Origin: an uncultured Actinomycetota bacterium
GTDB taxonomy: Bacteria; Actinomycetota; Actinomycetes; Propionibacteriales; Nocardioidaceae
Direction: 5' to 3'
NCBI GenBank assembly: GCA_963753705.1
Contig: CAVWDJ010000002.1
Location: 437,195 to 501,194, forward strand
Length of the DNA stretch: 64,000 nt
In this document: positions 57,579 to 64,000 of the stretch, one piece after another
Layout: the number at the start of each line of letters is the position of its first letter
Position numbering within the stretch: position 1 is the first letter of the stretch
Position numbers and translations under genes: made by a program
The notes under the pieces: generated by a model
Databases searched by the model: none
What the model saw: only the letters and a program-made list of their open reading frames with translations
What the model was told of the DNA's origin: nothing

Positions 57579-58385
57579 TCAGACGAGCAGCGGGTCCGTG
57601 AGGGTGTCCAGGTCCAGCAGTCGAACGCTGGCTGGGTCCCGGTTCGCAGCCAGGGACCAGATCGTCGTCCGGTGCGTGGAGCCGGGGATCCGAACGGTGG
57701 TCTCACCGCCGACGTGGAAGTGCCCGTGGGCGAGCAGCTGTGGCTTGACGCCCACCACCGCTCGAGTGAGCTTCTCGAGCCCGTCGCCGGCGTAGGCCAG
57801 GATCGAGTCGGGCCACCCCCACGGGTTGTTCGCGATGGTGTGCGCGACGGGAGCGGTGCAGTACGGCGGGCCGGGGCTGTCGTGGGTGAGCATGACCTCG
57901 GCATGGCCACCGGCGATGGTTGCCTCGACGTGCTCGTCCTCGATGACCTCCGACGGCCACCAGTCGACCCCCTCGGTCAGGAGGAGCCGGTTGACGGATG
58001 GAGCGCCGCCGAGCGCGACGAAGGAGCGTCCACCCATGGTCCAGCGGTGAGCCCGCGGCAGCAGGGTGACGTGGTCGGACACGTCGATCGGCAGGTCTCT
58101 GCCGTCCTCGCTCTGCCAGCGCGGGTCGGCCCACAGCTCGTCGAGGCGCGCCCAGTTCTCGTGGTTCCCGTTGACGCCGAGGAGTCGGAGGTCGAACTCG
58201 GCGCATACCGACTCGATGGCTGCGAGGTACCCCTCGGGGTCGGCACCCATCCCGAACCGGAGGTCGCCCAGCTGGCAGGCCACCTCCACGTCACCTCGCT
58301 CCCCGAGCATCCGGAGACTGCGGACAGCCCAGTCGCGGTCGCCCTCGAGGTCGCCGATCAGGCCCACGATCATGGAGCGGAGCAT
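57579..58385 (-). CDS. Calcineurin-like metallophosphoesterase
   Basis: GDLEG, QLGDL, NGNHEN, THDSP, HGHFH. Start uncertain. Confidence 0.85.
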   Translation of the reverse strand: MLRSMIVGLIGDLEGDRDWAVRSLRMLGERGDVEVACQLGDLRFGMGADPEGYLAAIESVCAEFDLRLLGVNGNHENWARLDELWADPRWQSEDGRDLPIDVSDHVTLLPRAHRWTMGGRSFVALGGAPSVNRLLLTEGVDWWPSEVIEDEHVEATIAGGHAEVMLTHDSPGPPYCTAPVAHTIANNPWGWPDSILAYAGDGLEKLTRAVVGVKPQLLAHGHFHVGGETTVRIPGSTHRTTIWSLAANRDPASVRLLDLDTLTDPLLV

Positions 58386-58439
58386 GACAGACACGCCTCC
58401 GCGCGCCGCCGTCATCACCTGCCGGCGAGCAGGTCGCGC

Positions 58440-58970
58440 TCAGAGGCGTCTCGTGGTCACCAGGTTGGTCCCCTGCATGCCTGGCTCGCGGGCGGCTTCG
58501 GTGAACCCGAGCTTCTCCAGGACGTGGCGAGAGGCCGTGTTCCAGTCCCAGACGGCGGCCCAGAGCCGCTCGTAGCCGGACCCCCGTGCCCAGTCGAGCA
58601 CCGCCCAGGAGGCCTCGGTCGCATACCCGTGTCCCCAGTGACGACGCAGGAGCTCGAACGCCAGCTCCGGCTCGCGGGGCGCTCGTCCGCTCTCGATCAA
58701 CCCGCAGTACCCGATGGCGTCCCCGTGTGCGTCCTTCCGCTCGATCGCCAGCAACCCGAGCGACGACGGCCGGGTGGCGCGGAGCGCCTCCTCGAAGTCG
58801 GCAACGGTGGGGCGTCCGTCCGCGTCGATACGGCGGTGTGCCGGCACGCGCGGATCGCGCTCGAGCCACATCCCGCGCTGGACCGCGGCCTCGCTCACCC
58901 GCCACGGCCGCAACACCAGGCGATCGGTGACGAGCTCCACCTCACGGCCCCGAGCCACTCCCTCTGCCAT
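58440..58970 (-). CDS. GNAT acetyltransferase (RimJ/RimL-like)
   Basis: TDRLVLRPW, ELAFELLRRHWGHGYATEA, NTASRHVLEKLGF. Confidence 0.88.
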   Translation of the reverse strand: MAEGVARGREVELVTDRLVLRPWRVSEAAVQRGMWLERDPRVPAHRRIDADGRPTVADFEEALRATRPSSLGLLAIERKDAHGDAIGYCGLIESGRAPREPELAFELLRRHWGHGYATEASWAVLDWARGSGYERLWAAVWDWNTASRHVLEKLGFTEAAREPGMQGTNLVTTRRL

Positions 58971-59025
58971 GACACGCACCCTCTCACCGCGATCCGCACC
59001 GTCGGGTCGCCCGTATGCTCGCCGC

Positions 59026-59397
59026 ATGCGACGCCTCGTCTGCCTCGCCCTCGCCTGTGGCGTGGTCGCGGCTGTCGGTTGGCAGCTCCTCCCTCGGCAC
59101 GACGAGGCTCTGTACAAGGCCTGTGACCACCTGGCGTACGACGCGCCGGACTACTCGAGGGTGAAGGCGTGGGACGCGTACGCCCACACCATCGACGGCT
59201 GGCCGAGGCCGGCCGACCCCGGTGCCCGGGCGATCCTGGAGACGTTGCGGACGGATGCAACCCGCTACGGCGCCTTCCCGGCGGCGATCCACTCACCGCG
59301 CGCGCTGAAGCGCCAAGCGGTCAAGAACGCCCTGGGCCGGGACGAGGGTCATCTCTACGACGCCTGTCGGAGCGACGGCTGGCGGATGCACGTCTAG
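59026..59397 (+). CDS. Small secreted/anchored hypothetical protein
   Basis: MRRLVCLALACGVVAAVGWQLL, then a Cys pair (KAC...DAC). Confidence 0.5.
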   Translation: MRRLVCLALACGVVAAVGWQLLPRHDEALYKACDHLAYDAPDYSRVKAWDAYAHTIDGWPRPADPGARAILETLRTDATRYGAFPAAIHSPRALKRQAVKNALGRDEGHLYDACRSDGWRMHV

Positions 59398-59459
59398 GCG
59401 TCCTGACCTGCTGGGTCCGGCTCGGCCACCTGCCGACGAGCGTGCGGCACGATGGCCTC

Positions 59460-60026
59460 ATGCCACGCGAGCCCAAGGTCGTGCTCATGACTTACCTGCA
59501 GGGCGCTCGGGACGCACTGATCTGGAAGCTGGAGGGCGTCTCGGAGCGCGACCAGCGGCTACCGCGGACGCCGACCGGGATGAACCTTCTCGGCATCGTG
59601 AAGCACGCACTCAACGGCGAAGCGCTCTACTTCGGTCCCACCTTCGGACGCGAGTGGCCCACGCCCGGAGAGCTCGTCCCGGTGGGCGGGGCCGACCCGC
59701 AGGCCGACTGGTACGCCACCGAGCAGGAGTCGGCGGCCGGGCTCGTCGATCTCTACCGCCGCGTCCAGGCATTCGCCGATGCGACCATCGACGCGTTGCC
59801 GCTCGACGCGGTCGGCCACGTCGCGCACTGGGGAGGGGCCGAGGTCAGCCTCCACGAGATCATCGTCCACATGATCGCCGACCTGCAGCGGCACGCGGGG
59901 CACGCCGACATCGTGCGGGAGCAGATCGACGGGTCAGCAGGGCTGCTGCCCCAGGCCCTCAACCTGCCGGACGTGAGCTGGCCGGAGTACGTCGCGAAGC
60001 TGGCCACCCTCGCCGAGGGATGGTGA
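59460..60026 (+). CDS. DinB/DUF664 family protein
   Basis: TPTGMNLLGIVKH...IIVHMIADLQRHAGHADIVREQIDGSAG. Confidence 0.88.
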   Translation: MPREPKVVLMTYLQGARDALIWKLEGVSERDQRLPRTPTGMNLLGIVKHALNGEALYFGPTFGREWPTPGELVPVGGADPQADWYATEQESAAGLVDLYRRVQAFADATIDALPLDAVGHVAHWGGAEVSLHEIIVHMIADLQRHAGHADIVREQIDGSAGLLPQALNLPDVSWPEYVAKLATLAEGW

Positions 60027-60102
60027 ACGCTCGAGGGGGCCATGCCCGACCACGGTGAGACTCCGAGCCGCCACGGGGTGACGCTCCCGGCGGGGGCGGA
60101 CC

Positions 60103-60591
60103 TCACGCGTCGAGAACCAGCCGGATGCGTTCGAGGGTCTGCGTCATCCCGTCGCGCAGCTGCTCGCGTCGCAGCGCGATGAGCGCTGCGGGGTCCTCGA
60201 CCTGCTCGGCCTCGAGACGAAGGCCACTCAGCCCGTCCGCCAGGTGTTCGAACCGTTGCTCCACCAGGCACCCGGTGTCGGTCGGGCTGATCCGAAAGGT
60301 CCAGCGCGTCGCCGGCGTGCCGTCGAAGCGGTCTCCGACGGTGTAGGCGAACAGGCGAGGCGGGTCGTAGGCCACCACGTCGCAGGGGCGCGTCCACTCG
60401 AAGGTGTCCCCGTTCCCCTCGACCCGGTTGCGACCCTCGAACCGCCCACCCACCGCACGCGCCGGATACCCCTCGACCCACCACGCCTCGGCGCACTCGG
60501 GGCTGAGCTCGCCGATGCGCTCGATGCTCGTGATGAGCTCCCAACTCGCGTCGGGTGCACATGACAGGGGCATCCGGACCGTGACACCCAT
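60103..60591 (-). CDS. SRPBCC/START-family protein
   Basis: WELITSIERIGELSPEC...VGGRFEGRN...VVAYDPPRLFAY...TRWTFRI. Start uncertain. Confidence 0.85.
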   Translation of the reverse strand: MGVTVRMPLSCAPDASWELITSIERIGELSPECAEAWWVEGYPARAVGGRFEGRNRVEGNGDTFEWTRPCDVVAYDPPRLFAYTVGDRFDGTPATRWTFRISPTDTGCLVEQRFEHLADGLSGLRLEAEQVEDPAALIALRREQLRDGMTQTLERIRLVLDA

Positions 60592-60915
60592 CGCCGGGAC
60601 GAGGGCGCTGACGGTGGGGTCGGGTGTCGGTCGGGGTCCGTTCTCGGACTCGCCCCAGCCGCTCGCGTGCAGGGCCACGCCGCCCTCCTGACCACGTTCC
60701 CGGGGATCAACGACCGACCAGGTGGCTCCAGCCTGGCACACCGCACGCTCTCGCGAGAGACGACGACATCCGCCTCCACCGTCGAGGGAGGGCCGCCCGT
60801 CTCGACTGGAGATGGCGGACGGCCCCAGACCTGCGAGACATGGCGTGATCGCTGGCCCAGCGCCGAGGTGGGGGCCCCGGCGCCCGTTCTCGACGTTAGG
60901 CCTTGAGCCCGTGAA

Positions 60916-61164
60916 CCCACGTCACCGAAATCGGCTAGCCGGCCTCGGAGGCCGGACCGCACGCGAGTGCGCCCCGCCTGGCACGGGGGAACCGGACGGG
61001 GCACACATCACGCTGGGCACTCCGCGCCACGCCCTGCCGCCTCCCCCCGGGGGCGGCAGGGCGGGTCAGCCCAGAGGCGACGCCGAGCCGCAAGAACGTC
61101 GGGGGCGCCCACTACGGGCCCGACGCTAGACCTCGACCGGACTTCCCACGTCACCGAAATCGGC
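60916..61164. repeat. Exact 20-bp direct repeat pair flanking a 12-bp hairpin
   Basis: CCCACGTCACCGAAATCGGC at 60916-60935 and 61145-61164; hairpin CGCCCTGCCGCC/GGCGGCAGGGCG at 61030-61063. Confidence 0.75.
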
Positions 61165-61170
61165 GAGACA

Positions 61171-62184
61171 TCACGCCGACTCCGGAGCGCCGACGGGCGG
61201 CAGGGTGACGACCTGCGAGGCGTAGCTCAAACCGGCTCCGAAGGCGATCAGGAGGGCCGTGTCGCCTGCGTTCGCCTCGCCGTTGCGCAGCATCGCCTCG
61301 ATGGCCAACGGCACTGATGCGGCGGAGGTGTTGCCCGAGTCCCTGACGTCGCGTGCAATCGCGAGGCTGTCGGGCAGCTTCAGGTTGCGCGCCAGGGTCT
61401 CGGTGATCCGGAGGTTGGCCTGGTGGGGGATGAAGGCGTCGAGGTCGGACATCGTGAGCCCGGCACCGTCGACGGCCTCACGGGCCACGTCAGCCATCGC
61501 GAACGGCGCCCAGCGGAAGACCGCGGTGCCCTCCATCCGGACGACCATCGGATGGTCGGACTCCCGGTCCTGGCACCCGGGCTCCTGCGTGATCACGTGC
61601 GACTGCGAGCCGTCGGAGCCCCAGGCCACCGGACCGATGCCCGCCTCGTCGGCCGGCCCCACGACGACGGCTCCGGCCCCGTCGGCGAAGATGAAGGCGG
61701 TCGATCGGTCGGTGGGGTCCAGGAAGAGGCTGAGCTTCTCGACCCCGATCACGAGCACGAAGCGCGCGCTGCCGCCGCGGACCAGGTCGGAGGCCACCGA
61801 CAGCGCATGGCAGAAGCCGGCGCACCCCGCCGACACGTCGAACGACGCCGCCCGCGACCCGAGCCGGTCGGCCACCAGCGGCGCGGCCGCCGGGGTGTGC
61901 TGGGCGTGCGTCGAGGTCGCCACGATCACCGCACCCAGCTCGTCGGCCGTGACCTGCGCGACGTCGAGAGCCGCCCGCGCCGCGTGGGTCGCCATGTCCA
62001 CCAAGGTCTCGTCCTCGGCGGCGTAGCGACGGGTCCGGATGCCCGAGCGGGTCTGGATCCATTCGTCGCTCGAGTCGAGCACCTCGCAGATCTCGTCGTT
62101 GGTCACCACCCGCGCGGGTCGGTAGACCCCGAGTCCGAGCATCGCGGTTGCCGCTGCGCCCGACCGCTGACCGATCTTCGCCAT
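61171..62184 (-). CDS. fabH: Beta-ketoacyl-ACP synthase III (stand-alone)
   Basis: Cys-His-Asn triad motifs AGCAGF, FIPHQAN, GNTSAASVP; EWIQTRSGI; FADGAGA. Confidence 0.9.
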   Translation of the reverse strand: MAKIGQRSGAAATAMLGLGVYRPARVVTNDEICEVLDSSDEWIQTRSGIRTRRYAAEDETLVDMATHAARAALDVAQVTADELGAVIVATSTHAQHTPAAAPLVADRLGSRAASFDVSAGCAGFCHALSVASDLVRGGSARFVLVIGVEKLSLFLDPTDRSTAFIFADGAGAVVVGPADEAGIGPVAWGSDGSQSHVITQEPGCQDRESDHPMVVRMEGTAVFRWAPFAMADVAREAVDGAGLTMSDLDAFIPHQANLRITETLARNLKLPDSLAIARDVRDSGNTSAASVPLAIEAMLRNGEANAGDTALLIAFGAGLSYASQVVTLPPVGAPESA

Positions 62185-62324
62185 CGTCGTTCCCTGCCTT
62201 CTCTCCGGGTGGTCAGACGAAGGCTACGACCAGGGCCGTGTCCGAGCGTGCACGAGCGCATGCGTGCGGCCATGATGTCCGCATGCTGGGGGAACCGCAT
62301 CGGGTCGGAGCGCGTCCATCGAGC

Positions 62325-62771
62325 ATGCGGGACTTTCCACGTAGCGCGAGACTCCTCGGTGCTGCCTGCCTGCTGCTCGCGTGTGCGGCCTGTGGTGGGG
62401 CACAGGGTGGCGACGTCACCAGCGCGGGGTCGTGCGTCGCGCCCTATCTCGACACCGTGCCGCCGGACGCTCCGTCGGTCGCGGCGGAGGCACCCGTCGC
62501 GCCGGGCGACAGCCTGACCGTCTACGGGCACTGGTACACGGAGACCTGCAACGACACCGGGGGTCACGATCCCGAGGTGCCGATGCCTCCGGTGCACCTG
62601 ACCGTCACCTGGCCGGGCGGGGCGGTCGACGACCTGGGTGAGGCCGGTCCCGGGGGCGGCGACATGGGCTTCTCGGTGGTGGTCCAGGTCCCCGTCGGCA
62701 CGCCGACGGGAGTGGCGAAGATCCGCGACGACCAGGAGTACCCGTCGACGTACCGGTTCCGCGTCGGCTGA
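62325..62771 (+). CDS. Putative lipoprotein
   Basis: LLLACAAC lipobox-like segment; beta-rich C-terminus. Start uncertain. Confidence 0.55.
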   Translation: MRDFPRSARLLGAACLLLACAACGGAQGGDVTSAGSCVAPYLDTVPPDAPSVAAEAPVAPGDSLTVYGHWYTETCNDTGGHDPEVPMPPVHLTVTWPGGAVDDLGEAGPGGGDMGFSVVVQVPVGTPTGVAKIRDDQEYPSTYRFRVG

Positions 62772-62798
62772 CGACACCAGGTCTGGCATCCTCGCGCC

Positions 62799-63290
62799 GT
62801 GGATGTGGACGACGTCGTCGATCTGCTCGCGGCCCTCGACGACCCGGGCGTCGGCTACTGGCTGGACGGTGGCTGGGGAGTCGACTGTCTCCTGGGCGAG
62901 CAGACCAGACCCCACAGCGACCTCGACCTGGTGCTGCCTCGCGCGGACCTCGCTCGGGTGACGACGCTGTTGCTGTCCCGTGGCTACGTCGTCATCCGCG
63001 ACTGGCTGCCCACCAGCGTGGCCCTCCGAGACGGCTCCGGACGCGAGGTCGACCTGCACCCGGTCGACCCCACACCGGACGGTGGCGGCCACCAGGTGCT
63101 GCAGGACGGGACGACCTGGCACTACGCGGCGCCCGTCCACGGGACGATCGACGGCAGGAGCGTCCGATGCGCCTCGGCGCACGACCAGGTGCTCATGCAC
63201 CAGGGGTACGAGCCTCGCCCACAGGACCTCGCAGACGTACGGCGTCTCTGCGACGCGTTCGGTCTCGACTGGCCGTGGATGCAACAGTGA
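62799..63290 (+). CDS. Nucleotidyltransferase, ANT(2'')/Lnu(A)-like superfamily
   Basis: WLDGGWGVDCLLGEQTRPHSDLDL...EVDLHP...CASAHDQVLMHQGYEPRPQDLADV. Confidence 0.85.
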   Translation: MDVDDVVDLLAALDDPGVGYWLDGGWGVDCLLGEQTRPHSDLDLVLPRADLARVTTLLLSRGYVVIRDWLPTSVALRDGSGREVDLHPVDPTPDGGGHQVLQDGTTWHYAAPVHGTIDGRSVRCASAHDQVLMHQGYEPRPQDLADVRRLCDAFGLDWPWMQQ

Positions 63291-63294
63291 GCCG

Positions 63295-63657
63295 GTGACG
63301 AACAGGTGGTACGGCGTGACGGTCGACTGCACGGATCCCGAGCGCCTGGCGGCCTTCTGGGGGACGCTCCTCGGTCGGGCGCCCAGCGACGAGATGGACG
63401 GCCCGGGCTGGGCGACGGTCGGCTCTCGTGACGACCCGCAACCCCGTCTCACCTTCCAGCGGGTGCCGGAGCCGAGGGCCGGCAAGGTGCGGCTCCACCT
63501 CGACGTGGAGGTCGACGACCTCCGCGCGGGCATCGCCGAGGTCGAGGCCCTCGGCGGTGCGACGACCGGCGAGCGTCACGACTACGACGAGGGCGTGGTC
63601 GCTGTGATGACCGACCCGGAGGGACACGAGTTCTGTCTCGTGCAGCTCTACGACTGA
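63295..63657 (+). CDS. VOC/glyoxalase-like protein
   Basis: VTVDCTDPERLAAFW, FQRVPEPRAGKVRLHLD, VMTDPEGHEFC. Confidence 0.9.
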   Translation: MTNRWYGVTVDCTDPERLAAFWGTLLGRAPSDEMDGPGWATVGSRDDPQPRLTFQRVPEPRAGKVRLHLDVEVDDLRAGIAEVEALGGATTGERHDYDEGVVAVMTDPEGHEFCLVQLYD

Positions 63658-64000
63658 TGGGCGAGATCCGGATAGCGCTTCTCGCCGACCGACACGAGCT
63701 GATCGAGGAGGTCGGCCTGCTGCGCTGGCGGGAGTGGGGCGCGGAGGACAGCGTGGACTCCTGGATCGAGACGACCGCCCGAGAGGCGGGTCGTACCCGG
63801 CTACCGATCACCCTGGTCGCGGTCGGCGACGACGGCGCTGCGCTGGGCGCGGTCGCACTCGGCGATCGCGACGACGCGCTGGAGGAGGCCGAGCGCCGGG
63901 GGCGCACGCCCTGGCTGCTCGGGCTCGTCGTACGCCCAGCGCAGCGGGGGAGCGGTGTCGGACGCCGGCTGGTCTCCGCGATCGAGGACCTCGCCCGCGA
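63657..64000 (+). CDS. GNAT acetyltransferase, 3'-truncated (not in track)
   Basis: Hand translation MGEIRIALLADRHELIEEVGLLRWREWG...TPWLLGLVVRPAQRGSGVGRRLV; TGATG overlap; runs off the window. Confidence 0.85.
   Translation, partial: MGEIRIALLADRHELIEEVGLLRWREWGAEDSVDSWIETTAREAGRTRLPITLVAVGDDGAALGAVALGDRDDALEEAERRGRTPWLLGLVVRPAQRGSGVGRRLVSAIEDLAR

Noticed and set aside
1-64000. tRNA, rRNA and IS/transposase genes
   Set aside because: No cloverleaf, rRNA-like segment or DDE/HUH/recombinase motif was recognised. A tRNAscan/Infernal run would be needed to exclude them firmly.

Overview
Very GC-rich actinobacterial chromosome segment; gene content and synteny suggest a Nocardioidaceae-like organism (inference). 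No rRNA, tRNA, CRISPR array, integrase or transposase was recognised. Layout: (1) 0-5 kb, the 3' end of a phosphate-ABC-like surface locus: two PstS-like proteins, a sortase-fold protein lacking its catalytic His/Cys, and pstB. (2) 5-33 kb, mostly conserved core genes: cell-wall hydrolases, dapD, T-box-controlled ileS, dapE, LOG, DivIVA-domain, PaaG/PaaX-like, DUF3117, leucyl aminopeptidase, O-methyltransferase/sigE/rseA/htrA, an orphan CpaB/CpaE-like pair, and a WS/DGAT-like gene. This stretch also holds a small Sm/Hfq-like candidate. (3) 32-43 kb: P5C dehydrogenase, a large NAD-glutamate dehydrogenase split by a +1 frameshift, and a heterodimeric ABC exporter. (4) 43-52 kb: a SigL/RslA-like ECF pair next to a PTPS-IV/glycosyltransferase/RibD-like/CDP-alcohol-phosphotransferase cluster, with four strong and one degenerate (T/C)GAACC-N16-CGT promoter that together outline a local regulon. 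(5) 52-64 kb: an accessory patchwork with an ECF42-DGPF module carrying two matching promoters, VOC, GNAT, DinB, SRPBCC, a stand-alone FabH and an ANT(2'')/Lnu-like nucleotidyltransferase. Several dispersed palindromes and tandem repeats lie in intergenic gaps. All family assignments come from motifs read by eye, not from database searches. Many start codons were re-picked from RBS or stop/start overlap evidence.
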